DNA of 64,000 bases. Origin: Cycas panzhihuaensis (taxonomy: Eukaryota; Plantae; Cycadophyta). The position numbers and the translations under genes were made by a program. Where the stretch lies: positions 145,645,741-145,709,740 of the forward strand of contig CM041465.1 in assembly GCA_023213395.1 (NCBI GenBank), in the 5' to 3' direction. Below, in pieces: positions 12,869 to 25,046 of this stretch. Below the pieces are notes generated by a model. That model worked only from the letters and a program-made list of their open reading frames with translations, was not told the origin of the DNA and made no database searches. Position 1 is the first letter of the stretch; every line of letters begins with the position of its first letter.

Positions 12869-13339
12869 CTTGTCTTCACTGTTAAGAAAGCCACCACTAT
12901 TGGAGCAAGAGGAAGGTGGCCTCTAAACTGTTGTGGTCAGAATGCACTCCGGCAGCAACTCCTCTGTATCAGAACTACTGGATGCAAGGAAACTATCAAT
13001 AATTCCGACAGTATCTTTTTAACTTCAAAGACACTAGATGCAGATTGAACAAATCATTTTTTGGTAAATGTCTCCAGTTCCCTTCACCTTATCAAGTATT
13101 TACTTCCATGCTAATCACCACCTTGTTGATGTCTAGGAAACCCAGCTTATCACTTCTGCTATCTTGTCAGGATAGACTTGCTCTTTAAATTGTCTCCTCC
13201 CATCAGTCTTTTGTTGTTCCTCTGTTTTCCCCTTCTCTGTATTTTTTCCTATTTCCTTCTTAATAGTGCATTCCAATAATTCTTTGGCTTTCTCTTCAGA
13301 AACTTTTGTTTTCTCATCTATTTTCTTGTGGCTTTTCGC
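12869..13339 (-). pseudogene. 3' part of a degenerate K/E-rich coding-like exon (unidentified)
   Basis: Reads SHKKIDEKTKVSEEKAKELLECTIKKEIGKNTEKGKTEEQQKD* and later ...GFLNSEDK. Ends at a canonical donor AAG|GTGAGA (intron starts 12868). Confidence 0.45.
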
Positions 13340-13352
13340 TAGGGTTACCAGA

Positions 13353-13715
13353 TGTTAACGTGGCAGTTAATTATTAAGCCATTTAATAATTAATGTTAAT
13401 GTGGTTTAATTGTGTGAAAGGGTGCAAGCCAAAAGGTGTGACTTATTCGGAGGGTCACAACCCTAATCAGGTGACACCTCTTGGAGTGTACAAAAACCTT
13501 GAGGCCTTGTATATTCATATCCAAGTATTCATTGTGTAATATCAAGTGATCCATCAAGGATCCTCTTTGTGGTGGGTTTTTTCCCGAAAGGGTTTCCCAC
13601 GTAAATACCTGTGTACTGTGCATCTGTTTTCTGTGTTTTCTATTTGTTGCTTGCTGTGTATGGTTAAAGATCCTGCGTATGGGAACATCAGTGTATGATT
13701 TCATGTTCCCGAACA
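13353..13715 (+). repeat. 5' LTR of Copia C (363 bp)
   Basis: TGTTAACG...GAACA. Differs from the 3' LTR by 11 substitutions and one 3-bp indel (manual count). Confidence 0.97.
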
Positions 13716-15232
13716 TGGTATCAGAGCAGTAGGGTCTTGCACAGCTGAAGCTTGACGGTGAGCGGGGCGGTGGAATCGTTGGTTGCTGGGTAACGCCATC
13801 TGACCCAAGCCAAGTCTTGAGGGTCCATATTCAGGCGTGAAGAACACGTTGGTGGTTGGAGTTAGCCCGTTTGGGGTTATCCGAAGACGCTTGATGATCT
13901 GTTGAGGTGATTCAAGTGTATAGAACACGTACTGATGGTGATTCGGCAACAATAAGGACAACCCTCTTTCCATACAAGTAAGTCTGGGGTATTCCCACTC
14001 AAAGCACTATAAAACTCAATAAAAACAAAGCTTCTTCTGGTGTTGCCTTCGTTAGTCTGTATAAGGAAGAGATTGGAGTCTTTTTGGACAGTTTTCAGTC
14101 CTCTATACTGAGATTAAGAGAAGTACACAGCAGTATAAGGCGTCTTTCACTGAAATTTTTGAGTTGTAGCGTCTCTATCTGTGGGTATATGACCCCATAT
14201 CTGCACTGAAAACACACTTTTGAGCCGACATCTTGGTGTTGTTAAGTTGTTGGGCTGTTTGTGTGACTTGCTGAGGTGTGTGTACATTAAATAAAGGCTG
14301 TACAACTGTTCTAAGGCTGTTTTTAGTGCCTTGGATGATGGTTGAGTGCGTTTTGATGTGATTGGAGAGTGGCTGGGCGGATTTAGGACTGGCTGGGCGC
14401 TCTTTGTGTCTGTCTAGGACTGGCTGAGTTGTTTTCTTGGTGTCCAAGCACCTTTAGAAGCCGGCTGGGTCATTTTCAAGGGGGTTGTTTGCCTATTAAG
14501 ATCTGATTTGGCGCTGATCTAAGGAGGCTGGGCGCATTTCCTCTTGGCTGGGCACTTTGTATGCTAGTTTGTTGATAACTGTGGCTGTTTAGAGGCTGTC
14601 CAAGTACTCAGCAGACATGTCTTGGCTGCGTTGAAGCCTTACCAGTCGTACAGATGATATAGACCACTTGGTGACAGCGCATAAAGCAACAGGGTGTGTT
14701 GAACAGCCACGTCCCTCTCCTCAAGTAGTGTGACTTTTGGAGGATACTTAAGCATGTGACTTAAGTTAAAAAGGCACGAGTTCCTTGAAAAGTCATCACT
14801 TTTGGAATATGCCTTTTGGCATATTCCAATCTCAATTCAACTTTATAAAAGCCCTTTGAACCATTGATGCACGTCAATAGTGAGAGATACTTGATGTGTC
14901 CTTGAGCCGTTTCGAGTGTAAATCAAGGAGTTTTTTTTGTGATTTTTTGGCTTGGAGACTCTACACCATCATCGTATGGAGGCATCTTTGTTCTGGAGCA
15001 CATGTTTTTAGCCATTTTGAAGTGTGGGTTGTGACATTTAATGGCTATTTAAGGTCATTTGTTGACGGAAAAGAGGAGAAAAACAGTCGGTGGCTCACTT
15101 AACATGGGTATAATCCGTGTTGGGTCCCTTTGGAAGTGTGCCCGTGAGGCAGAGGAGGTCAGAAGGGTGCATTTTCATCCTTAATACGTTCGTTTGGTGT
15201 CATGTGCTTCACATTGTAGCCTGTCGTTCGAG

Positions 15233-18200
15233 ATGGAGAAGCTTATGCCTAAAGTTATCTTTAATGGTAACAATTTCAGCGAATGGAAGGCTAATATGGA
15301 GCTTATTTTGATGGTGAACCAACTCTGGGGAATCACCAAGGCGAAGCTTGTTTCAGTCCCACTTGACCATAAGGAGCGTATCAAACTTGAAGAGAAGCAA
15401 TATATGGCTGTTGGATTACTGAAACTCTCACTGGCGCTAGACCAGAGGGCTCTAGTTCACAATTTGGATGACCCAGCCGAGATTTGGATGAAGATGTGTG
15501 ATACTTTTGAGAAGAAGAAGACGAATAGGCATCTTGCTCTGATGTTGGAACTACTCAATTCAAAAGTTGAAGATGAGAACAATATCAACTCCTACCTGAA
15601 TAAAATAACCGACTTGAAGAACAAGCTAGAAGAGTTAAAGCAGAACACGAACGATTATGCGCTCTTGTTTGCGATAATCATGTTGAAACTGCCAGCTGCG
15701 TTCACCACATTCCAGACCATTTATGGTAGAGACGAAGTGATGGAGGCAAAAACTTTTGATGGGTTCAAAAACCTAATTCTAGCAGAGGATGCCAAGCTCA
15801 AACATCATGGTTTGCTTGGAGATTCTGGTTCAAGTCAAGCCTTAGCCATGAAATCTCAGAGGAAGGAGGCCCCTAAGGAGGAGAAGATTACACAACGGTC
15901 TGGAGAAAGCTCTCAAGACAAGAAGAAGTTTAATGGAAAGTGCAATTACTACAAGAAGGATGGTCACCGCGAGAAGAACTGTTGGTTCAAATGTCGTGAC
16001 AAACGCAAAGGTAACAAAGATGATAAAGGAAATAGTGTTGCTGCTCATTGCGTCCAAGCACAGACCTTGTCAGTCGAAACGAATCAGAAAGACTATTGGG
16101 TACTCGATTCTGGAGCACAGAAGCACATCTCTTACCAGAGGCGGAACTTTGATACGTTGAAAGCAAATCAAAGTGGTGCTAAGATCGTTCTTGGAGATGC
16201 TCGCGTGTTGCAGGTTGATGGTATCGGTGAAGTTTCCATTGCAAGAGGCAAGTTTTCTAAGGTATATTATGTACCCAAGATGCAATTAAACCTTCTGCTT
16301 GCTCGGGAGATCTACAAACAAGGTATGAAAGTGGAGCTCTATGATGATAAGTGCCTAATAAAGGACCCAAAACAGAACATTGCCGTCGTAGCTACCGGGA
16401 AAGTCAAGGACAACTTCTGGGGTGTTTGAAAAGTTTCAATCTCAGAAGAAGTCCTATGCCTTTGTTGCCAGCGCGGATGACAAAAGTAAATTATGGCACA
16501 ATCGCCTTAGGCACCTTAATTACAGGAGTATTGCACTTCTAAGGAAGTTGAAGATAGTGGAAGGCCTGCCGTCGGTTTCCTGCTCAGATGGTGTATGCGA
16601 AGGATGCATGTATGGCAAGCATCACCGCTATCCTTTTGCTTGGGATAACGCCTGGAGCCCCAAGGAGAAGCTAGAGCTTGTGCACTCAGACATTATGGGA
16701 CCACTCCCAAACCCTTCGATATCAGGAGCCCGATATACACTTGTGTTTGTGGATGATTACACCAGGAAAGCCTGGGTTTATTTTCTCAAGAACAAGTCAG
16801 ACGTATTTGATCGCTACCGTGATTGGAAAGCGATGGTTGAAAATGAAAGTGATAAGAAAATAAAAACTCTACGAAGTGATAATGGTAAGGAATACGACAA
16901 TCATGCGTTTAATCGATTCTGCGCAACCATGGTATAAAGCGGGAGTTTACATCCGTATACCCCACAATGTAATGGAGTTCTTTGAAGAAAGAACCGCACC
17001 ATGATGGAGATGGCGAGGTGTATGGTGCATGCTAAAAATCTGCCATCGAAGTTTTGGACAGAAGCTATGGCGACTGTTGTTTATATTTTAAATCGGATAC
17101 CCACTCAGGCAGTTCGCAGCATGACCCCCAAAGAGAAATGGATCGGTCGGAAGCCTACCATTAGCCATTTGAGAACATTTGGGTGTATAGTGTACACCCA
17201 CATCCCTGATGATACCCGCAAAAAGCTGGATCGAAAAAGTCTGAAGTGCATATTCATGGGGTATTGCACGGAGAACAAAGCCTATAGACTATGGGATCCA
17301 CAGGGGGAGAAGACTGTGGTTAGTCAGGATGTTAAATTTGACGAGTCATTGACGTATCATGCTGAAAGAGCATTAGGAGAACCTTTTTACCCTCCCCTTC
17401 TCCCATTCCCAGATTCTTCAAGTGAAGAGGACGATGAGTCAGTCGTTGTAGCACTTGAGGAAGCAGGACCAAGTGGGATGAGTAATAGTGAGGAGCCGCC
17501 ACGACAAGAAGTACCTCCATCAACGGGTCCTTCTATACCTTTATGGGCAAGGAAAACTCTTGAAGATTCCGGTGTGGCAATGCAAACCCTAACTGATGAT
17601 GTATTTAACTAGAAGTCGATGCGGTCGAACTCTGGTAGACACCAATGACTCCAATGATCCTAATTCGTTTGCTGAAGCGAAAGGAGATCCAAGATGGAGA
17701 GTTGCAATGGAGGAAGAATATGGTTCTCTGATGAAGAACGATACATGGGATTTGGTCCCACTACCTCCGTCGAAGAATCTTGTTGGATGCAAGTGGGTCT
17801 ATAAAACAAAGTTCCGCTCCGATGGAGAGGTGGACAAGTACAAGGCCATACTTGTTGCGCAGGGATTCAAGAAGAAAGAAGGAATTGACTACGAGGAGAC
17901 GTTTGCACCGGGCGAATGAATGACAACGGTCCGCTTACTCATTTCCTTAGCAGCTGCATTAGATTGGGAGTTACACCAGATGGACGTTAAGTCTGCATTC
18001 CTTAATGGGGATCTAAAAGAGGAGATATACATGTCGCAGTCTCTGGGATTCATTAAGGATGGCCAAGAGCATCTTGTTTGCCATATGAAAAAGTCAATCT
18101 ATGGCCTAAAACAAGCACCTCGTGCTTGGTATGAGAAGATGGATGCCAAGTTGAAAGCTGAAGGTTTTGAAATTTCAGAACTCGACCCAAATCTGTATGT

Positions 18201-19136
18201 GAAAAGAAGAGGGACTTCCATAGTTGCTTGCGTGGTGTATGTGGATGATCTAATCATCGACGGTAATCGTGGCAAGGCTATAGCTGAAGTCAAATCCAAT
18301 TTGGGAGCTTCATTTGACATGACGGATCTTGGGAAACTTCACTATTTCTTGGGCATTCAGATCAGGAAAGATTTGGGATGCAGCACTGCAAACCTGTTGC
18401 AACACCATGTGTAAAAGGCGCAAAATTGCAGAAGGATATGGCCCAACCTTCTATAGATGGCACGAAATATCGTCAGTTGGTAGGGAGTCTCATTTATTTG
18501 ACTCATACCAGGCCAGATATTGCATACGTTGTTGGATTGGTTTCCTGCTACATGCAGAATCCTCAGGAGCCTCATTTGGTGGCAGCAAAGCGGATTCTGA
18601 AATATCTGAAGGGGACAATCAATTTTGGTCTTGAATACCGCAGAGGTGAGAAGATCAGGTTGCATGGCTACACAGATGTTGATTGGGGAGGAGATTCCGA
18701 CGATCGGAAGTCCACTGTTGGATATCTGTTAAGTATTGGCAATGGATTTGTTTCGTGGCAATCAAAGAAAGAGCAGACAGTGGCGCTATCTTCTACAGAA
18801 GTAGAATATCAAGGACTTAGTGCTGGTGCGAAAGAAGTAGTATGGTTGCAAGGTCTCTTGGAATTTCTTGGTGTTTCCAATGGACATCCGATTCTCTTTG
18901 TTGATAATCAGAGTACCATTCATTTATCGAAGAATCCAGAGTTTCATGCGCATACGAAGCATATCAAGATTCAGCACCATTACATTCGTGAGCAGATCAA
19001 GTCGGGGAAGTTACAGGTCAACTATTGTCCGAGTGAATTATAGCTTGCGGACGTGTTCACTAAGCCACTCACTGAAGATCAATTCACGAAGATGTGTACC
19101 GGCCTTGGACTCACCAATGTTATCCTTGAGGGGGGA
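15233..19136 (+). pseudogene. Copia C gag-pol polyprotein, frameshifted
   Basis: Gag FNGNNFSEWKANM; broken knuckle CNYYKKDGHREKNC; protease WVLDSGA; LWHNRLRHLN; IN VHSDIMGP/FVDDYTR; RT MDVKSAFLNG/VYVDDL; RH YTDVDWGG. Split into ORFs 15194-16429, 16422-16937, 17001-17612, 17596-17919, 17920-18414, 18378-19043. Confidence 0.95.
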
Positions 19137-19235
19137 TGTATCGACAAGGATAAAGAGGCTGCAAGATAGTCCCAGCCTTCGTGATAACTCAACTGCTACA
19201 CGTTGCAGGTTCCCCACATTCACATTAAGGGGGGA

Positions 19236-19595
19236 TGTTAACGTGGCCGTTAATTATTAAGCCACTTAATTAATATTAATGTGGTTTAATTGTGTGAAAG
19301 GGTGCAAGCCAAAAGGTGTGACTTATTCGGAGGGTCACAACCCTAATTAGGTGACACCTCTTGGAGTGTATAAAAGCCTTGAGGCCTTGTATATTCATAT
19401 CCAAGTATTCATTGTGTAATATCAAGTGATCCATCAAGGATCCTCTTTGTGGTGGGTTTTTTCCCGAAAGGGTTTCCCACGTAAATACCTGTGTACTGTG
19501 CATCTATTTTCTGTGTTTTCTATTTGTTGCTTGCTATGTATGGTTAAAGATCCTGTGTATGGGAACATCAATGTATGATTTCATGTTCTCGAACA
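19236..19595 (+). repeat. 3' LTR of Copia C (360 bp)
   Basis: Direct repeat of 13353-13715, preceded by PPT AAGGGGGGA. Confidence 0.97.
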
Positions 19596-20086
19596 CCAGA
19601 TTCACAAACCCAGCTAGCAGGGTTCACAAACTCAGTTTGAATCCAAACCAGATGCGCAGGTTCAAGTTTGGGTTTGGTTGGACACCAAACTACACCTGTT
19701 TCTAACTGTTTCTAAGTCATATTTGGCTATTTCTGGGTTTGTTTATGAGTCATTTCTAGGCTATTTCAGGCCCTTTCTGGGCCATTTTTGCATTGTTTGT
19801 ACCATCCTTTCTTTTTACCCCTTTTTGTTTTAATTTTAATATGTAATTTACTATTTTTGGATGCACACACACACAAAAGTATTTTTATTTTTATTTACAA
19901 ATTGTTCAATGTATCATTGTGTATGTATTTAATGATTATTTTCAATGTTTCTGAATTTTTTAATTTCTTTTTTTAATTAAAAAAAAAAAAAAAAGCCAAA
20001 CTTGAACTGGCGAATCCTATTTTTGGAGGGAGGAACTGGGTTCTTAATACCCCCGAATGCACGAACCTCTGAACCCAACAACCTTG

Positions 20087-20729
20087 CTTTTCCTAATTGA
20101 CCCATAATTGTCAATTTCAATTCGGTCAACAAGAAGTAATTTTTCTGCCATGCTTCTAATTTTGGGCTTCTCTACATGTTGCACGTTTGCACCTGTGCAT
20201 TCAAACCTTCTTTGTGTGTGGTTGCCTCAACGTGCCTCCTGCACCTTAGACGCATGTACCTTGTCTTCATGCAAAATCCATTCCCTCTTCTTGATAAATG
20301 GTTACCCACAAATGACATGCCTTGAACATTTTCGATACATTGTCTACAACCACTTTCAGTCCTCAACCTTAACCTTTGTGTCCATTTCACTATTTGTTGT
20401 AGATTCTCTCCACAATGTTGCCCATCTCTTAACAACTTCTCCACCCTTCTCTACTACTATTGCTGGTATTTCTGTTTGGAATTGGTCGCAGACCAATCCC
20501 ATAAATACCAAGGGATTCACAAGCATGGAGGTTAGCTCTAACAAACTCTAATTGTTGAACCAACTTGTCATGGATGCATACACAGTAGTTATATTTTTGC
20601 CCTTGTGCTATATAATTATTATTTTCTAAAATTTTTGCTCCATGGCCTTTTATCCCCAAAGCAATCTTATAGTAGCAAACTAAGAAACCTACTTTTGCTT
20701 CTCATAGCCCTTATCCTTGCAATCAATTT
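20087..20729 (-). pseudogene. 5' part of the degenerate exon interrupted by the MITE/Copia C
   Basis: Acceptor-like CTCTTCTATCCTTCAG| at 20730. Frame ...EKPKIRSMAEKLLLVDRIEIDNYGSIRK joins in frame to 13331 downward when the MITE is removed. Internal stops present. Confidence 0.4.
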
Positions 20730-20879
20730 CTGAAGGATAGAAGAGTGTTCTAGGAGCCCTAGGTTGTACAACAGTACAGATTTTCGTACGGTGCCCGAAC
20801 TGTACGAATGGGGATTATAATAATGAGGGACATAAGCTAGCCTTACAACATAGGCCACGTGCATAATAAAGCAAGAAGT

Positions 20880-23800
20880 GATGATACGTCAATAAGACTC
20901 AACTCTCCAAATCTCATTAAAAAAAGATGAATGATACAATACATATTTATAACTTTATAGTAAGTCTAAACATAGGAGGAGGTTCAACAACTCTAACGCT
21001 CCCATGAATTTTGATGTGCTCAAACTACCCCATTAATAATTGGAGTATCTTTGACTTCTAAAACATTGACTAAGTATATTCTCTCTCTAAAATATTCTCA
21101 TCAAGAATATTCTATGTGAGCAATTATTCTAATGAACTTAAATGTAAATGAAATGAGAATGTACATTACTTCTAACACCCTCCCATAATGTTAAGTTCAT
21201 TTTCTCTTACAAACATTAACGTTCTTAATCTCTCAAATTTTTCACGACTCAAGGCTTTGGTGAGTAAATTTGCAATTTGATCACTTGAGCTACAGTAGAT
21301 CAATTCCACTACACTATTCTCCACTTGTTCTTGAATAAAGTGATGATGGATTTCCACGTGTTTGCTCCTTACGTGGAAAACTGGATTCTTTAACAGTTGG
21401 ATTGCTCCTTGATTGTCGCAAAATAATTGAGTACGTTCATCTTGAACAAGTTTGAAGTGGCTAAGAAGTCCTCTAAGCTAAATAGCCTCACAAGTTGTGG
21501 TTACTACAACTTTGTATTCAACCTCAGTAGATGATCAGGAAACTGCTGATTGCAATTTACTGCTCCATGAGATCATCCCAGAATTGAGTGCAAATGTATA
21601 TCATGATGTAGATCTTCTTGTATCAGCATCTCATGCCCAGTTTGAGTCGGTGAATCCATGTAGTACAAATTTAGAAGATTTCTGAAATAGTAGTCCAAAC
21701 TGAATAGTTCCATGAACATATCTCAGAATGTGCTTCGCTGCTTTTCAATGTAATATGGAAGAAGCATTCATGTATCTTGATACAATACCAACAACATAAC
21801 TCAAATCATATCTAGTGTTAGTCAAATATATAAGACTTCCCACTAGTTGCCTATATAGAGTTTCATCTACTATTTAGTCATTACTTTCTTTTACCAATTT
21901 GAGACCAACTTCCATGGGAGTAGCAACTGGTTTACAATTCTCCATATGGAAGCGTTTTAACAAATCATAGGCATACTTTGACTGAGATACAAAGATTTGA
22001 TCTTTCTTCTGCCATATTTCCATTCCTAGGTAGAATGTAATAGACCAAGATCAGTCATTTCAAAAGCTTTAGATAATTGCTTTTTGAGTATGTTGATCCT
22101 CTCAACATTAGAACCATTCAAAATAAGATCATCTACATACAAAGCTACAATTAGGATATCATCATCCTTACGCAACACATACAAAGTATCATCTGATTCA
22201 CATCTTGTGAATCCAAGTGAAACAAAATATTCATCAATGCGTGAGTACCACGGCCTTGGTGCCTGCTTAAGCCCATAAAGAGCTTTCTTCAACTTGCAAA
22301 CAAGTTGTTCATCTCCATTGTTTTCAAACCCTTCTGGTTGTTTCATATAAACTTCTTCATTCAAAATGCCATTCAAGAAGGCATTTCTGACATCCATTTG
22401 ATGAAGCTCCCAACCAAACTGAGTTGCAAAAGCAATCAACATCCTTATAGTAGTCATCTTTGCTATAGGTGCGAAAGACTCTTCATAATCAATTCCAGGA
22501 GTTTGAGCATGGCCTTTTGCAACAAGTCAAGCTTTGTATCTTTCTATAGCACCATTCGATTGATACTTGACTCAATATAACCATCTGCAAGCAATTACCT
22601 TTTTGCCTAGAGGTAATTTGACAAGATCCCAAGTGTCATTTTTTATGATAGAGTCATACTCTTTTTTCATGGCTTTTTGCCAATGAGTCACATCTTTGGC
22701 TTCATGAAATGTTTGTGGCTCCTCAACACTTAAGATATTTACCATTAAAACAAGATTGGTTTTACTTCTTGTTTGAATTCCTGAATCTAAATTTACTTCT
22801 CCAGAATCTTGAGTGGTTTACAAATACCATTTTTGTAATTTCTTTGAAGAACTAGGAAAAGATGTAGAGGAAGGAATAGAAAAGGTGGATGCTTCACCAT
22901 GATCACTTTCTTTACTTTCCTCACCATCACATATTTCTTTTCCTTTATGTTTTTGTTCTTCTTCAACAGGTACAATAAGCTGATCATCTTCATCTGTTTC
23001 TTGAAACAAAACATCTCTACTAAGGATAATTTTCTTGTCAATGAGGCTCCAAAGCCTATATGCTTTTGATGTCAAGCTATAACCTACAAGAATATATTTT
23101 GTACTCTTGACATCAGGTTTGTGCCTTCTTTCATTTGGCACATGTGCATAAGCAATACATCCAAAAATTCTAAGCTGTGAAGCAAAAGGTTTTACATCAA
23201 TCCAACCTTCTTCAGGAGTTATGTTTCTAACTACCTTAGTGGGACTAATATTCAACAAATACACAGTTGTATTAATAGCTTCTTCCCAAAGTCCTTTAGG
23301 AACTTTTCTTGCCTTCATCATACATCGTGCCATTTCAATAATGGTACAATTCTTCCGCTTTGCAACACTATTTTGTTGTGGAGTGTATGCGGTTGTAAGT
23401 TGATGTTGTATCCCATGATTCTTGCAAAAGTTGATGAATTCATTGGATAGATATTTGCCTCCGCTATCACTTCTTAAGGTTTTTATCTTTCTATTGGAAT
23501 AATTCTCAACTTCAACCTTGAATTCCCTAAACTTTGCAAAAGCATCTGATTTGTGTTTAATGAGATACACCCAAAATTTTCTTGTGAAATCATCAATAAA
23601 TTGATGAAGTATTGTGCTCCTCCATATGAGTGTGGTGAAATGGGCCCACATAAGTCAGAGTGCACCAACTCTAACTTCTCCTTAGCTCGCCACTTTGATT
23701 TCTAGAATGGTTCCCTGTGCTACTTTCCAAGTGTACAAACTTCACACACTTTGTCAGTTTTCTTGATTGAAGGTAAATCATTTACCATATTCAATCTATG

Positions 23801-25046
23801 CATAAGCTAAAGACTGGTATTGTTGACTTACAAGGTGTCTTATTACACTTACAAGATACCTCTGCTTACTTGTCAAGGTTTACACAATGCTATAGTCTAG
23901 TTCAGGATACTGTCAACATGGTTATTCACATACATTCCACAATTATCTCACATATATTCCACAGAATGGTACACAGAAGTACAGAAATCAACACATACTC
24001 AGCATTTTCCACATCATAACACAAGAATACACAGATTTCCACGTAACTCTTCCTTTTATTAAGTCATCAATTCAATTACGTAGGTCGGAATGCATTCTGT
24101 GCATTCCAAAGAAGATACAGTCCTTCTGTTACATATGCATACCCAGATGGTACTTATCATACAGTACTGCTCCAAATGGTTGTCATACGTGCTGGCTCCC
24201 GCACCTTTGCGTACCTTTAATAGTCGGCTCTCACCCTAACCTGGTGGTTCATGCGTACCTCCTTAAGTACTCATGTTGGTACCTTTTGGCTGAAGGGTTA
24301 TGGTACCGTCATAATCTGTATTCCCTTCAGTCATACGTACCTTTCCATTAATCACTTGTTTAGGCACTTAATTAATTATCCTTTGTGTCCATACGTCCGT
24401 ACGTACGTCTGGCAGCTCAACAGGTCTTCACTGGTCCCTTTGAATCATGCATACCGCTTCCGCTTGGTTCCGTTACCGCTGGTAGTGCGTCGTCATACGC
24501 ACCCATTCCGTGACACGCACTGTCATACGTACCCAGAATGTTGATTTCTCTGTCGTTTTGCCTCGTGCGTACCTTCATACGGTCCATACCTGCACAACTC
24601 AGGTTACCTGACCTACCTCTGGTCCTCACACAGCCATAGGATCATTTTAGACTCCAATAGGTATAATTCAAATGACCATATCGGTCATGCCATAATGTGT
24701 CAACTGAATCTTTAGCAATAAGACCAAGCTCATAAGTGCCAAAGAATTTATAAACTCCATTCTCATGTACACCTTAAGCTATTACATCATTGTCTTTCTT
24801 CGTTAAACACTTTGACCTATCAAATTCTACCTTGATGTCTTGCTTAGTTATGCAACTAACAAATAATAAGTTGTGCTTGAAGGAGGGTACAAATAAGACA
24901 TTAGAAACCTTAAAGGTTCCATAATTTGGCTGACAAATGCAAATGGTGCCGCAACCAACAACTTGATGCTGACTATTGTTTCCAAGTACAATGGAAGGAA
25001 TTCTACACTCCTTTAAGTCTTCAAACAAATCTTTTCGAACCATATA
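20880..25046 (-). mobile_element. 5'-truncated Ty1/Copia element F (PR to RNase H, PPT, 3' LTR)
   Basis: Minus ORFs: PR 24774-25043, IN 22818-23668 ([15 protein letters not shown]), RT 22026-22457, RH end 21172-21357. PPT ATGGGAGGG then TGTTAGAA at 21177. Left LTR boundary approximate. Confidence 0.9.
23821..24659 (-). mobile_element. Solo LTR (839 bp) with 5-bp TSD GGTAT inserted in the GAG-pre-integrase region of Copia F
   Basis: GGTAT at 23816-23820 and 24660-24664; termini TGTTG...CAATA. Removing it restores GHLNY-TSL*LMHRLNMVNDLP. Strand inferred from an AATAAA signal on minus. Confidence 0.9.

Larger units (their letters stand above)
13353..19595 (+). mobile_element. Structurally complete Ty1/Copia LTR retrotransposon C (6243 bp), TSD CCAGA
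   Basis: LTRs 13353-13715 and 19236-19595; CCAGA at 13348-13352 and 19596-19600; PBS TGGTATCAGAGC 13716-13727; PPT 19227-19235; gag-PR-IN-RT-RH order. Confidence 0.98.
13340..20086. mobile_element. hAT-like MITE (about 500 bp: 13340-13352 plus 19601-20086), interrupted by Copia C
   Basis: Left end TAGGGTTACCAGATTCA versus right end reverse complement CAAGGTTGTTGGGTTCA; all mismatches are transitions. Degenerate 8-bp TSD CTTTTCGC (13332-13339) / CTTTTCCT (20087-20094). GGTTC/GAACC-type subterminal repeats, AT-rich core. Confidence 0.65.

Noticed and set aside
13396-13716. 106-aa minus ORF repeated at 19276-19503
   Set aside because: Antisense to the two LTRs; the duplication simply reflects LTR identity.
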